Source: Methanomethylovorans hollandica DSM 15978 (lineage in GTDB: Archaea; Halobacteriota; Methanosarcinia; Methanosarcinales; Methanosarcinaceae). Taken from it: a stretch of DNA of 64,000 nt. The notes beneath the pieces were generated by a model. That model was given only the letters and a program-made list of their open reading frames with translations, did not search any database and was not told where the DNA came from. Numbering within the stretch: position 1 is the stretch's first letter; every line of letters starts with the position of its first letter. The stretch is from the NCBI RefSeq assembly GCF_000328665.1, contig NC_019977.1, positions 806,001-870,000 of the forward strand, written 5' to 3'. Shown piece by piece: positions 53,180 through 63,999 of the stretch. Position numbers and translations under genes: made by a program.

Positions 53180-54091
53180 ATGAATTACATCACAGGGATA
53201 GCCATGCCACATAAAAGGAATAATTCTATTGATCTTCCTATTGTTGCCGTTCTAGTATTGCTTACTGACTTATTCGTGTTAATACCGGAGCTGGCTTCCA
53301 CACCTATTAGGACTATACTCGGTTTGCCTATGGTACTTTTCCTTCCGGGCTATGCTTTGATAGCCGCTCTTTTTCCGGCAAAGGATGACCTGGATGGAAT
53401 TGAGCGTCTTGCATTGGGTTTTGGTCTGAGTATCGCCGTAGTGCCACTGATAGGTCTCGGGCTTAACTACACTTCTTGGGGTATAAGGCTCGTTCCAATA
53501 TTGGTCTCTTTATCAGTCTTCACTCTCTTGATGTGTGTAATTGCATTTTACAGAAGAGCTCAGCTTCCTTCTGAAAAGGCATTCTCGGTGTCCTCAGGTG
53601 ATGTATATGCAGCCATTAAAGAGCCAGTCAGCGGGCAATCAGAAAACAAGCTGGACCGCATTCTGACTATTATTCTTGTGATCTCGGTACTGTTATCTGT
53701 GGTGGCACTTGTTTATGTTGTGGTAACTCCAAAACAAGGTGAAAAGTTCACAGAATTCTATATTCTTGGTATGGATGGCAAGGCCGAAAATTATACTACT
53801 CTCTACACTCTGGGGGACAGTGGTGAAGTGATCGTTGGTGTGGTCAATCACGAATATGAGCTTGTTAAATATACAATGGACATTAGACTCGACAATGAAT
53901 CGCTTCCGGTTCCAGCCAATGCCAAGAGTTTCAGTTTGGAACATAATGCTACCTGGGAGGAGCCTGTAGAGTTCACGCCAAATTCTGTTGGCGATAACAT
54001 GAAATTAGAGTTCCTGCTCTACAAGAACGATAATTTGACTGTTCCTTACAGAGATCTCCATCTCTGGGTCAATGTAACAGGAGGGGTCTAA
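53180..54091 (+). CDS. DUF1616 domain membrane protein
   Basis: LFLPGYALIAALFP, ERLALGFGLSIA, EKFTEFYILG, VVNHE, KLEFLLY, YRDLHLWV. Confidence 0.88.
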   Translation: MNYITGIAMPHKRNNSIDLPIVAVLVLLTDLFVLIPELASTPIRTILGLPMVLFLPGYALIAALFPAKDDLDGIERLALGFGLSIAVVPLIGLGLNYTSWGIRLVPILVSLSVFTLLMCVIAFYRRAQLPSEKAFSVSSGDVYAAIKEPVSGQSENKLDRILTIILVISVLLSVVALVYVVVTPKQGEKFTEFYILGMDGKAENYTTLYTLGDSGEVIVGVVNHEYELVKYTMDIRLDNESLPVPANAKSFSLEHNATWEEPVEFTPNSVGDNMKLEFLLYKNDNLTVPYRDLHLWVNVTGGV

Positions 54092-54925
54092 ATGCAGGAT
54101 AGTGAAAAATATGATCATGGAAAATGGCAGGAGCATGACTTCTCCCGTTTGACTACAAGGTCTGCACTTCTTGTTTTACTTACTATCTTACTCATAGTGT
54201 TTGCGGAAATCTTAATGTTCTCTGGAATCCTGGGAGCCGCTATCCTACTACATACTCTTCTTCTTATAGTTGTGTCCATAGGCACTGTCAGCATCAAAGA
54301 TAAATATGTAGCATGGGCACTGCAGGCTCTTATGCTCTTGCCTCTGTTAAGGCTGATCAATTTCTCTATGCCTGTGTTCTCTGAAATGGTCTTGTATCGG
54401 TATTTCTATATATATGTACCACTGTTTATACCTATATTCCTTATAATAAGGCATCAAAGCTTTTCCTCGGTACAGCTTGGACTGTCCTTCAAGAAATTTC
54501 TTCTTTACTTGCCTCTCTCATTAGTGATCGGTTTGCTGATTGCAGAATTAGAGTACTTTATTTACCCTGCTGTTCCTCTTGTACCAGATACATCTTTCTA
54601 TAATATGATGGACGTTTTCTTGATTATGATCTTTTGCGTAGGTTTGGTGGAGGAGCTTGTATTCAGGTCTATTCTTCAAACTAGACTCGAAGGTGTGTTT
54701 GGTCCTGCGATAGGGCTCATTGCTACTAGTTTGCTTTTTGGTATTATGAGTTCCACTCATGGAATAGGTCCAGGGATCATCTTTGCATCGCTGGTAGGTC
54801 TTATACTTGGTTACATGTTCATCAAAACCCGAAGCCTTCCATTTGTTGCTCTTACCCACGGTATTGTCAATGTTTTCCTTTTCAGCATTATACCCTTGTT
54901 AGGACCAGGGCTAGGGATATTCTAA
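54092..54925 (+). CDS. CPBP (Abi / CAAX protease family) intramembrane protein
   Basis: EELVFRSILQ motif 1, SLLFGIMSSTH variant motif 3, HGIVN motif 4. Confidence 0.85.
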   Translation: MQDSEKYDHGKWQEHDFSRLTTRSALLVLLTILLIVFAEILMFSGILGAAILLHTLLLIVVSIGTVSIKDKYVAWALQALMLLPLLRLINFSMPVFSEMVLYRYFYIYVPLFIPIFLIIRHQSFSSVQLGLSFKKFLLYLPLSLVIGLLIAELEYFIYPAVPLVPDTSFYNMMDVFLIMIFCVGLVEELVFRSILQTRLEGVFGPAIGLIATSLLFGIMSSTHGIGPGIIFASLVGLILGYMFIKTRSLPFVALTHGIVNVFLFSIIPLLGPGLGIF

Positions 54926-55214
54926 TAAACGCATATTCCTTGAATTTTCAAGGATAATATTTAATTAAAGCAAAATAAAATCTTATTTTTTTATAAGAGT
55001 CAAAAATTTCATTTAATAATTATTTATCTAAAATTATCTAATATTTATAAACATCTCTACATATAGCTGAAGTCAATAAATAGTCTTATTTAAATATGAA
55101 CAAAAGTAGAAAGTTTAGAAGAATATTATACTCAAAATTTATTTATTTATTTGTTAGAGTTCTTTATATAAGACAATCATCAACTACAATGATCGACTTT
55201 CTTGGTTATACCAC

Positions 55215-55487
55215 TTAGATTATAATAATGATCTTATAAACCACTATGGCAGCGAAAGATATCAACAGTGGTATGATGCTCATATCCAGTGAGCATTTGA
55301 TGGCATTGTTCCATTTTGTGGATGCTGCCAGCATAAGTTTTGCACAGAGTAATATCACCAATGCAAAGACAGCAAAAAATCCATATTCAGGCAGTCCCAT
55401 AGCTGTGGTCATAGATGCGGTTGCACCTTTTGTACTGACAGATGCCATTGCACTTACTAACGCTGCAGATGCTATAGAGAGTAACAT
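55215..55487 (-). CDS. Small membrane protein
   Basis: 90 aa, hydrophobic helices, GLPEYG; AAGGA upstream of ATG. Confidence 0.65.
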   Translation of the reverse strand: MLLSIASAALVSAMASVSTKGATASMTTAMGLPEYGFFAVFALVILLCAKLMLAASTKWNNAIKCSLDMSIIPLLISFAAIVVYKIIIII

Positions 55488-55633
55488 ATTGTTCTGTCCA
55501 TATTCCTTATCTCTATATATATCTTTTCTACTATCCGGAGCATTGCTATCAATTGTTGTAATTGTTTTTCGTATATTAGTAATGTGTTTCCCTTAGTTAT
55601 TACCTTCTTCCTCTAAAATGAATAGCTTATTTA

Positions 55634-55669
55634 TTGTTGTTGTTGTTGTTATTATTATTATTATTATTA
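55634..55669. repeat. Compound trinucleotide microsatellite (TTG)5(TTA)7
   Basis: Read directly from the sequence. Confidence 0.95.
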
Positions 55670-55681
55670 TTTATTAATAAT

Positions 55682-56038
55682 ATGCCCGATATTCAGGATA
55701 AGAGCAAACCAAATCTATATGGGATCAAAGGTTTACATAATGTTTATTCATGGCATGGACTTGCTGTGCACTTCAAGCACATTTCCAGAGTTCAAAGATG
55801 TGAATTATATAGTTCATGTACATCTTCACGTAGATCAAATTCCTGTAATTTTTCCATCAAAAGGCAGGATGCAATTTTTATGCTTGAATCAGATTTCAAT
55901 GTAACACTTAATCTGGTCGAAAAACTTATAGACACTTTGCTTGATATGGGTAATACACGTATTCTGCGATGCAGTAAGGACGATACTGATCCTTTTGATG
56001 AAGGTACAAGTATGATACTATTCGATGAGGAATTGTAA
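55682..56038 (+). CDS. Hypothetical protein (118 aa)
   Basis: ORF from ATG 55682; no family recognised. Confidence 0.55.
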   Translation: MPDIQDKSKPNLYGIKGLHNVYSWHGLAVHFKHISRVQRCELYSSCTSSRRSNSCNFSIKRQDAIFMLESDFNVTLNLVEKLIDTLLDMGNTRILRCSKDDTDPFDEGTSMILFDEEL

Positions 56039-56096
56039 TTCTGCATCATAAAATTGCATCACAAAATTATTATGCATCTACGTTCATCTGCATCCT

Positions 56097-57368
56097 ATGT
56101 TTACGATCATTACAGGTGCTCAGTTCGGTGACGAAGGAAAAGGGAAGATAGTTGACCTGATATCTGATAAATACGACCTTGTGGTAAGATTCCAGGGAGG
56201 GGATAATGCTGGCCACACTGTCAAAGTCGGTGATGCTGTCTATAAACTACATCTCATACCTTCAGGTTTTCTGCTAGACTCTAGGGTGCTCATAGGTCCC
56301 GGTACAGTTCTCAACCCTCAATCTCTGGCACAGGAACTGGAAATACTTTCTCGAGGAGGGATACATATTGGTCCCGATAAGCTTGGTATCGACGCTAAGA
56401 CCAGCATAATAATGCCATACCATATTGAACTTGATGGTCTTAAAGAATCAAGTCGTTCTGAGAAGATAGGAACAACTAAAAAAGGTATAGGTTTTGCATA
56501 TATTGACAAGGTTGCAAGAGATGAAATACGCTTAGCTGATCTCATAGACAAAAAGAGATTACTTGCAAGGCTTGGGGAACTTGCTTCCCAGAAGGAGAAT
56601 TCCATCCGGGAGCTAGACGGTAACCCATCTGTTGTCATGGATAATGAGTTCATTGATCTCTATGTTTCACTGGGTAAACAATTTGCACCTTATATGACGG
56701 ATGTATCTCTGGAGATAAATAAAGCATTGGAAGAGGGTAAAAATGTCCTGGCTGAAGGTGCGCAGGGGACGCATCTTGATGTGATCCATGGGACACAGAA
56801 ATTTGTTACTTCATCTTGTACTATTGCGGGTTCTGCATGTGCCAACTTGGGGGTAGGCCCCACCAAAGTCGACAATGTGTTGGGCATAGTCAAAGCATAT
56901 ATTACTCGTGTAGGTGAAGGTCCCTTGCCTACCGAACTGAAGGATGATGTGGGAGAGCATCTTCAGCAGGTTGGGGGGGAGTTTGGCACCACTACTGGTA
57001 GGGCAAGGCGCTGTGGATGGTTTGATCTGCCTTTGGTAAAGAAAGCTGTTTTCCTCAATGGTTATACTGAGCTTGCCTTGACAAAGCTTGATGTGCTTTC
57101 TGACATCAACCCGTTAAAAGTATGTGTAGGTTATGAACTCGATGGTATGTCCATCAAATACCCTCCGGAGCTTACTGCCGACCTTGCAAGGTGTGTTCCT
57201 ATTTATGACGAATTAGAGGGATGGTCAGATGATCTTACACATGTACGCCAGTTCTCCGATCTGCCGGAAGCTGCCTGCAGATATGTATCATATCTGGAGG
57301 AAAAGATAGGTGTACCTATAGAATATGTCTCAGTGGGTCCGGGAAGAGAACAGACCTTCAAAAAATAA
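56097..57368 (+). CDS. purA: Adenylosuccinate synthetase
   Basis: QFGDEGKGK, GGDNAGHT, EGAQG, GTTTGRARRCGW, TKLDVL. Confidence 0.97.
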   Translation: MFTIITGAQFGDEGKGKIVDLISDKYDLVVRFQGGDNAGHTVKVGDAVYKLHLIPSGFLLDSRVLIGPGTVLNPQSLAQELEILSRGGIHIGPDKLGIDAKTSIIMPYHIELDGLKESSRSEKIGTTKKGIGFAYIDKVARDEIRLADLIDKKRLLARLGELASQKENSIRELDGNPSVVMDNEFIDLYVSLGKQFAPYMTDVSLEINKALEEGKNVLAEGAQGTHLDVIHGTQKFVTSSCTIAGSACANLGVGPTKVDNVLGIVKAYITRVGEGPLPTELKDDVGEHLQQVGGEFGTTTGRARRCGWFDLPLVKKAVFLNGYTELALTKLDVLSDINPLKVCVGYELDGMSIKYPPELTADLARCVPIYDELEGWSDDLTHVRQFSDLPEAACRYVSYLEEKIGVPIEYVSVGPGREQTFKK

Positions 57369-57496
57369 TTCACCTCTTTCTGCCGAAAAGCGTATATACT
57401 AACTGAGAGTTTAAAAGCAGTACTCCACCGTATCCAAGTTTCCAGATGCTGAGTCCAATTATCTGTAAATTTATTATCGAATCCAGGGAGAATAGA

Positions 57497-57946
57497 ATGA
57501 CTACGTTATATGATGTTCCTGCAAGTGACCTGATCTCCAAGGTAGCAGAAAAGTTAAAGGAGAATGAGCATGTACAGCCTCCAGAATGGGCAGCCTATGT
57601 TAAGACCGGTGCCCACAAGGAGCTTGCCCCTATGAATAATAACTGGTGGTACATTCGTTGTGCCGCTGTGTTAAGAACTATTTATACTGATGGTCCCATC
57701 GGCGTAGAAAGACTACGGTCTGTCTACGGAGGTAAAAAAGATATGGGTTCACAACCCCACAGAAAGGCCAAAGGAAGCGGTTCCATTGCTAGAGAGGCTG
57801 CACAGCAGCTCGAAGCAGCGGGTTTCGTTCGATCATTGAAGAGCGGACGTGTTGTGTCTCCTGCTGGTCAATCCATGCTGGACAATACCGCATACGAGGT
57901 CAAGCAGGCACTCTTAGAGAAGATACCGGGACTTGCAAAATACTAA
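57497..57946 (+). CDS. rps19e: 30S ribosomal protein S19e
   Basis: [28 protein letters not shown]. Confidence 0.96.
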   Translation: MTTLYDVPASDLISKVAEKLKENEHVQPPEWAAYVKTGAHKELAPMNNNWWYIRCAAVLRTIYTDGPIGVERLRSVYGGKKDMGSQPHRKAKGSGSIAREAAQQLEAAGFVRSLKSGRVVSPAGQSMLDNTAYEVKQALLEKIPGLAKY

Positions 57947-58012
57947 ATTTGCATTTAACCGCAGATAAACTTCCATATTCCTGTAAGTCAACAGTATATC
58001 ACAGGTGATTCC

Positions 58013-58363
58013 ATGGCAGGTGAACTTGAGGATATCCGCAGAAAGAGGCTTGAACAATTACAGCACCAACAGGCTGCTCAAATGCATCCTGATATTCAGG
58101 CTGCTTATCAGCAGGAACAGATGCAGGCTGAAATGGAAGCCAAAAAGCAATCCATTCTTCGGCAGATTCTTACTCCTGAAGCAAGAGAGCGCATGACAAC
58201 GCTGAAAATGTCCAGGCCCGAGTTGGTAGATCAGCTGGAATCCCAGCTGATAATGCTTGCACAGAATGGGCGCCTGCAGTCACAAATAACAGACGAGAAA
58301 TTAAAGGCGCTGTTGGCTCAGATGCAACCCAAGAAGCGCAAGACTAGTATAACAAGGGTATGA
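58013..58363 (+). CDS. PDCD5-family DNA-binding protein
   Basis: ELEDIRRKRLEQL, ILRQILTPEARERM. Confidence 0.92.
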   Translation: MAGELEDIRRKRLEQLQHQQAAQMHPDIQAAYQQEQMQAEMEAKKQSILRQILTPEARERMTTLKMSRPELVDQLESQLIMLAQNGRLQSQITDEKLKALLAQMQPKKRKTSITRV

Positions 58364-58372
58364 TCAAGGGTC

Positions 58373-58969
58373 ATGAAGGCATCAGTTCTTTTCAGTGGTG
58401 GAAAGGACAGTTCTCTGTCGGCTATATTGCTTGAGCCGTTCTTTGAGATCGAATTGGTGACATGCACTTTCGGTGTGTTACAGGTGGGCGAAGTTGCCAG
58501 CCAGGCAGCTGAAAAACTTGGCTTTCCTCATCGGATCCTTGAACTTGACAGGCAGGTGCTGGAAGACGCCTATGGTCTTCTCATAAAGGATGGTTTCCCT
58601 CGAAGCTCCATTAACCATATCCATTATGCTGCTGTGGAACAGCTTGCTTCCGAAAAGGGTGTTTCAGCAGTTGTCGATGGAGTACGCCGGGATGACCGTG
58701 TTCCTGTATTGACCATTGGCCAGTCCCGCAGCATAGAGGACAGGTTAGGTATAAAATACATATGTCCGCTAAAGGGATATGGCAGATCTGCTGTTGATTA
58801 TCTGGTAAATAAATATCTGATAATAGACGAAGGACAAAGTTCAGAGATGATCAAGGCAGATTATGAAACAGAATTGCGTGAGATCACACGTCAAAGACAA
58901 GATGAAAACATTATGAGGAAGCTTTTTCCTTCGCATGTTCAGTCCCATGTCATTGGCCGTAAGAAATAA
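58373..58969 (+). CDS. PP-loop superfamily protein (adenine nucleotide alpha hydrolase-like)
   Basis: LFSGGKDSSL, DGVRRDDRVP, ADYETELR. Confidence 0.85.
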   Translation: MKASVLFSGGKDSSLSAILLEPFFEIELVTCTFGVLQVGEVASQAAEKLGFPHRILELDRQVLEDAYGLLIKDGFPRSSINHIHYAAVEQLASEKGVSAVVDGVRRDDRVPVLTIGQSRSIEDRLGIKYICPLKGYGRSAVDYLVNKYLIIDEGQSSEMIKADYETELREITRQRQDENIMRKLFPSHVQSHVIGRKK

Positions 58970-59108
58970 TATATGTAATAAATAATATGTTACAATAAAT
59001 GGTATGTAGATATCCTTAATTGACATTGATAAAAAGCAATATGCTCAATAGAGCCAAACCTTGATATACATCTTATTCAATTTATGATTCCATAGATAGG
59101 TGAGACAA

Positions 59109-59264
59109 GTGAGCCAGAATACTAAAGGACAAAAACTTAGGCTTGCAAAAGCACACAGGCAGAATCACAGGGTTCCAACTTGGGTGATAATCAAGACCTC
59201 CAGAAAGGTTGTAGGTCACCCCAAGAGAAGAAGCTGGAGAAGAAGCGATCTGGATGCGAAGTAA
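59109..59264 (+). CDS. rpl39e: 50S ribosomal protein L39e (not in ORF track)
   Basis: Own translation from [63 protein letters not shown]. Confidence 0.95.
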   Translation: MSQNTKGQKLRLAKAHRQNHRVPTWVIIKTSRKVVGHPKRRSWRRSDLDAK

Positions 59265-59279
59265 GTAGGTGTGATGATA

Positions 59280-59546
59280 ATGGCAGAAGATGCAGTTAAA
59301 GAGCAGATATATACGATCCCCCTGCGTTCAATAAAAGAACTACCCAGGTATAGAAGGGCGGATAAGGCTATGACGCTCATAAGGAATTACCTTACAAAAC
59401 ATATGAAGGTAGAATCTAAACAGGTAAAGTTGCACACGACCATAAATGAGAAGGTATGGGAAAGGGGTATGCAGAAGCCTCCATCCTTTATAAGGGTACG
59501 TGCTGCGAAGTTTGAAGATGGAGTAGTAGAGGCAGAACTTGCCTGA
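59280..59546 (+). CDS. rpl31e: 50S ribosomal protein L31e
   Basis: YTIPLR, RRADKAM, INEKVWERG.QKPP..IRVR. Confidence 0.95.
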   Translation: MAEDAVKEQIYTIPLRSIKELPRYRRADKAMTLIRNYLTKHMKVESKQVKLHTTINEKVWERGMQKPPSFIRVRAAKFEDGVVEAELA

Positions 59547-59588
59547 GGATACTACCCTCTCCTATTTCAGAAAGCGAAGTATGTTGAA

Positions 59589-60254
59589 ATGACAATTCCT
59601 ACTCTGGATATAATGGATACTCCTATCATAGGAGTTTTCGCTACTTGTACAGAAGACTTTGCTTTGGTGCCTTGTGGTACAAAGGCAAGTGCTAAGGACA
59701 TCATAGCTGACAATTTGCATGTCCAGGTAATAGAGGTCATAATGAGTCAGAACAGTGTCATTGGCTCTATGATCAGGGGTAACTCCGCTGGCTTTATTGT
59801 TCCCAGAGGCAGCTCTCTTGAGAGCTTGCAGGTTACCGGCCTTCCGATCTCTAGTCTTCCAGATAAGTTAAATGCGCTTGGAAATATTGTCCTTGCTAAC
59901 GATTCGGCTGCTCTGGTCCACCCAGAGTTGTCTGACCGCTCTATTGAAGTCATTTCACAGACTTTGAAAGTGGACGTCTACAGGGGTACTATCGCAGGTC
60001 TGAAAACAGTAGGTATGGCTGGGGCAGCAACAAATAGAGGATTGCTTGTGCATCCCAGGACCACTACACAGGAACTGGCATTCCTTGAAGAGATATTTGA
60101 ACTGCCTGTGGATGTAGGAACTACCAATTTCGGTACTCCCATGGTAGGTTCAGGTCTGCTCGCAAATTCCAAAGGTTATGTGGCAGGTTCCAAGACCACT
60201 GGCTATGAGCTGGGCAGGATAGAGGGCGCTCTGGGCTTTATTGCGAAAGAGTAA
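59589..60254 (+). CDS. eif6: Translation initiation factor 6
   Basis: [32 protein letters not shown]. Confidence 0.94.
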   Translation: MTIPTLDIMDTPIIGVFATCTEDFALVPCGTKASAKDIIADNLHVQVIEVIMSQNSVIGSMIRGNSAGFIVPRGSSLESLQVTGLPISSLPDKLNALGNIVLANDSAALVHPELSDRSIEVISQTLKVDVYRGTIAGLKTVGMAGAATNRGLLVHPRTTTQELAFLEEIFELPVDVGTTNFGTPMVGSGLLANSKGYVAGSKTTGYELGRIEGALGFIAKE

Positions 60255-60285
60255 GAATATTTTAATTTATATATGGGTGATCAAT

Positions 60286-60462
60286 ATGAAGGACTTTGTT
60301 GTTAAAGGGAAGTTCAAAGCCGGATGTGAATGGGAAAAATTCACCAAGCAAGTTGTTAGCCAGAATGAAAAGAATGCAGAAGACAAGGTATATTCTATTT
60401 TTGGCAGCAAGCATGGCATTAAAAGAATGTTCATAAAAATAGAAAGCATCGCTGAGGCATGA
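60286..60462 (+). CDS. rpl18a: 50S ribosomal protein L18Ae/LX
   Basis: FTKQV..QNEKNA...[13 protein letters not shown]. Confidence 0.92.
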   Translation: MKDFVVKGKFKAGCEWEKFTKQVVSQNEKNAEDKVYSIFGSKHGIKRMFIKIESIAEA

Positions 60463-60465
60463 TCC

Positions 60466-60900
60466 ATGGCAGAGATGAACGACACGGATCCACGCAGCCT
60501 CTTGATGCAACACCGTGAGTATCAGCGCAGAGCAGAGTCTTTACAGCAGCAGCTAAATATGGTGAGCCTGTCTGCACAGGACTGCCAGCGGGCCATCACT
60601 ACTATTGAGGAGCTGGAAAAAGAAAAAGAAGGCGCCCATACCATGGTCCCAATTGGATCCGGTTCATTCGTCTATGCTAAGCTCGATATGATCGATAAAG
60701 TAGTGGTAAATGTTGGAGCTGGCATCAGTATCGAGAAATCCGTTCCTGAAGCAAAGGAAATCCTTCAGAGACGTAAGAGCGAGCTTGATAAGATATTGGA
60801 AAAGATGAATACTACCCTGGGGCAATTGGCTCAGGGCATGCAGGCCATCGAAACTCATGTAGCTGCACTGCAGCAGGGTGCTCAGTCAGGCACCCAGTAA
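60466..60900 (+). CDS. pfdA: Prefoldin alpha subunit
   Basis: MVPIGSGSFV, VVVNVGAGISIEK flanked by coiled coils. Confidence 0.93.
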   Translation: MAEMNDTDPRSLLMQHREYQRRAESLQQQLNMVSLSAQDCQRAITTIEELEKEKEGAHTMVPIGSGSFVYAKLDMIDKVVVNVGAGISIEKSVPEAKEILQRRKSELDKILEKMNTTLGQLAQGMQAIETHVAALQQGAQSGTQ

Positions 60901-60933
60901 TTTTTTTTCTGTCATTTCCGCAGAGTTGATCGT

Positions 60934-62097
60934 ATGTTCAATAAACTGAAAGAAAAGCTCAGCGGCTTTACAAAAAGTCTCGGCAAGCAGATCGATGAAA
61001 AGGCCATTCCTGTGGAGCCTGCTCAGGAAGAAGAATCTGAAATCGATTTCATTTCTCCCTCCACACCAGAAACAGAGGAGCAGCTTCTGTCTGGTGTTGC
61101 AACCGAAATTGTGAACGATGAGGTAGAACCTCAGAAGACTATTGTATCCGATCAGACTACAGATACAAAAGATATAGACGCTAAAGCTTCCAAATCCCCT
61201 GAGCAGAAGAAGACAGGTCTTGTAAGCAAGGCAAAGGCCCTGGTCTTTGAGCGTGAGTTCATTCTCGATGAGAAGGATCTTGAAGAACCTCTATGGGATC
61301 TCCAGATCGCCTTGCTTGAGAGCGATATTGCTCTTACTGTTGCAGAAGCCATTACAGAAGAAGTGAAATCCGAGCTTGTAGGTTCCCGCAGGAAGATAGG
61401 TAAGGATACTACTGATATTGTTGAACAGGCTTTGCGTAATGCTTTGTACAATGTGATGAGCGCAAACATTTTTGACCTGGATGATTATGTCAGAAATGCC
61501 CGTAAACCCGTACACATGGTCTTTGTTGGCATCAATGGCACTGGAAAGACCACCAGTATCGCCAAGACAGCGAAACGTTTCAAGGACATGGGATATTCCG
61601 TAGTCCTTGCAGCTGGTGACACTTTCAGGGCAGGAGCCATAGATCAGTTGCAGATACACGGCGACAGGGTCGGTGTAAAGGTTATCCGACATCAGGAAGG
61701 TGGTGACCCAGCAGCGGTTGTTTACGATGCGATACAATATGCTAAGGCTCATAGGGCAGACATAGTGCTTTCAGATACTGCAGGCCGTATGCACACCAAC
61801 CTCAATCTCATGGAGCAGCTAAAGAAAGTTTGTAGAGTAAGTACTCCAGATCTTATTATTTTCGTGGACGAGGCCGTAGCAGGCAACGATGCCGTAGAGA
61901 GGGCTGCCCAGTTCAATGAAGCGGTGCCCATTAATGGCTCCATTTTAACCAAAACAGACGCAGACGCCAAAGGAGGCGCTGCTATATCCATTGCGTATAT
62001 CACGGGCAAACCCATTCTGTTCCTGGGCATGGGCCAGGGGTACGACGACCTGCAAAAGTTCGATCCCAAGTGGTTCGTGGATCAGATATTTGAGTAA
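60934..62097 (+). CDS. ftsY: Signal recognition particle receptor FtsY
   Basis: Acidic N-terminus, GINGTGKTT, DTFRAGA, DTAGR, TKTDADAKGG. Confidence 0.96.
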   Translation: MFNKLKEKLSGFTKSLGKQIDEKAIPVEPAQEEESEIDFISPSTPETEEQLLSGVATEIVNDEVEPQKTIVSDQTTDTKDIDAKASKSPEQKKTGLVSKAKALVFEREFILDEKDLEEPLWDLQIALLESDIALTVAEAITEEVKSELVGSRRKIGKDTTDIVEQALRNALYNVMSANIFDLDDYVRNARKPVHMVFVGINGTGKTTSIAKTAKRFKDMGYSVVLAAGDTFRAGAIDQLQIHGDRVGVKVIRHQEGGDPAAVVYDAIQYAKAHRADIVLSDTAGRMHTNLNLMEQLKKVCRVSTPDLIIFVDEAVAGNDAVERAAQFNEAVPINGSILTKTDADAKGGAAISIAYITGKPILFLGMGQGYDDLQKFDPKWFVDQIFE

Positions 62098-62140
62098 AAA
62101 ATTTTATTTTTTATGGTCTTGTAAACGTATGCATTCGCCT

Positions 62141-62920
62141 TTATTGGCCACTGCATCCGGCCTTCAGTTCCCGGGCCAATTGTTCTAATCTTTCTTCCAC
62201 GTTGTTCTTAGAAGCGATTATATTCACGAAGGCCGATCCCACTATTACGGCATCGGCACCGGCTGCTATGACCTCTGCAGCCTGCTTGCCATCGGAGATG
62301 CCAAAGCCTACTGCTCTGGGAAGTTTTGTGCTCACTTTCTCCAGGATCTCTTTTGTGGACTTTGCCACATCAACACGGGTTCCTGTGACTCCCAGACGGG
62401 ATACTATATAAATGAATCCCGAACCTTTGCTGAATATCTTTTGCATCCTGTCCTTGTCCGTTACAGGGGTTACCATGAATATCATGTCAACGTCATATGT
62501 TTTACAGGCTTTGAGGATGTCATCGGCTTCCTCTATGGGCAGGTCAGGCACTATTATGCCGGTGATGCCTGATGCAGCACAGTCCTTCACGAATTTTTCC
62601 ACCCCTCTTCTGAAGATGAGGTTATAGTATGTCATACATACTAGTGGAATGTGTTCTTTAATAGATGCTGCAAGAGAGAAATACACATCTGTGTTCATAC
62701 CGGCTTCCAGGGCCCTGTCAGATGCTGCCTGTATAGTCGGTCCGTCTGCCACAGGGTCCGAGAAAGGCAAGCCCAGTTCCACTATGTCAGCTCCACCCTT
62801 TACAAGTGCATGCACATATTCTCTCGTGGCATCTGTACTTGGGTCACCTGCACATAAGTAAGCAATGAGGGCTTTCTCATTCTTTGCTTTCAGTTCCCGG
62901 AACTTATCTGCTATCCTCAT
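62141..62920 (-). CDS. trpA: Tryptophan synthase alpha chain
   Basis: [36 protein letters not shown]. Confidence 0.96.
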   Translation of the reverse strand: MRIADKFRELKAKNEKALIAYLCAGDPSTDATREYVHALVKGGADIVELGLPFSDPVADGPTIQAASDRALEAGMNTDVYFSLAASIKEHIPLVCMTYYNLIFRRGVEKFVKDCAASGITGIIVPDLPIEEADDILKACKTYDVDMIFMVTPVTDKDRMQKIFSKGSGFIYIVSRLGVTGTRVDVAKSTKEILEKVSTKLPRAVGFGISDGKQAAEVIAAGADAVIVGSAFVNIIASKNNVEERLEQLARELKAGCSGQ

Positions 62921-63999
62921 AATTTCTCATCACCTGCAGTTGCTTTTACCTTTAATACAGTTTCAAGGTCTTTATCCCCTCTTCCTGAAAGGCTCACTAC
63001 CACCAGGTCCCCAAGTTCACCTGTGTCTGCCATTTTCTTTATGTATGCCAGTGCATGAGATGATTCCAGCGCCGGGATTATACCTTCAAGCCTGCAAAGT
63101 TCATGGAATGCATCCAGAGCTTCCTGATCATTCACACTGCCTGGCTGAATTCTGCCTGTCTCTGCCAGGTGCGCAAGTTCAGGTCCCACTCCTGAATAAT
63201 CCAGTCCGGCAGACACAGATGTAGATTCAAGGATCTGTCCGTACTTGTCCTGCAGGATAAGCGTTCTTGCACCCTGCAAGATCCCCTCCTCACCCGCTCC
63301 AAGGGAAGCAGAATGCATTGCAGTCTTCCCCTGCACCTGCATACCGCAACCTCCCGCCTCCACCGGTAAGAGCTTCACATCAGTATCTTCTACAAAGGGG
63401 TGGAATATACCCATGGCATTGCTTCCCCCACCTGCGCAGGCAACAATGGAGTCAGGAAGCCTTCCCTCTTTTTCCATGATCTGCTGTTTGACTTCCGTGC
63501 CAATCACACTCTGGAAGTCCCTCACGATCATAGGATAAGGATGCGGTCCCACTACAGAGCCTATAAGATAGTGTGTATTTTCCACATTGGTTACCCAATC
63601 TCTCAGAGCCTCATTTATCGCATCTTTCAGGGTCATTGATCCGGACCTCACAGGATGCACCTTTGTACCCATAAGTTCCATGCGATACACATTCATTCTC
63701 TGCCTTTCCACATCCTTGGCACCCATATATACAACAGTCTCAAATCCCATGTTAGCTCCGGCCATAGCGGTTGCAGTGCCATGCTGCCCGGCTCCCGTCT
63801 CAGCAATAAGTCTTTTCTTACCCATGTATTTTGCAAGCAATGCCTGTCCTATCGTATTGTTAAGTTTGTGAGCACCACCGTGTACCAGATCCTCACGTTT
63901 GAGATATATCTTTGTACCATATTTTTTACTTAGGTTCCTTGCATGGTACAGAGGTGTGCTTCGACCGGCGAACTCTGTGAGATAGTAGTTAAGCTCCCT
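62917..63999 (-). CDS. trpB: Tryptophan synthase beta chain (5' end outside window)
   Basis: Frame open to window edge: [46 protein letters not shown]. Confidence 0.96.
   Translation of the reverse strand, partial: RELNYYLTEFAGRSTPLYHARNLSKKYGTKIYLKREDLVHGGAHKLNNTIGQALLAKYMGKKRLIAETGAGQHGTATAMAGANMGFETVVYMGAKDVERQRMNVYRMELMGTKVHPVRSGSMTLKDAINEALRDWVTNVENTHYLIGSVVGPHPYPMIVRDFQSVIGTEVKQQIMEKEGRLPDSIVACAGGGSNAMGIFHPFVEDTDVKLLPVEAGGCGMQVQGKTAMHSASLGAGEEGILQGARTLILQDKYGQILESTSVSAGLDYSGVGPELAHLAETGRIQPGSVNDQEALDAFHELCRLEGIIPALESSHALAYIKKMADTGELGDLVVVSLSGRGDKDLETVLKVKATAGDEKL

Noticed and set aside
54926..55214. Very AT-rich spacer as a replication origin
   Set aside because: No cdc6/orc1 nearby and no recognisable ORB repeats
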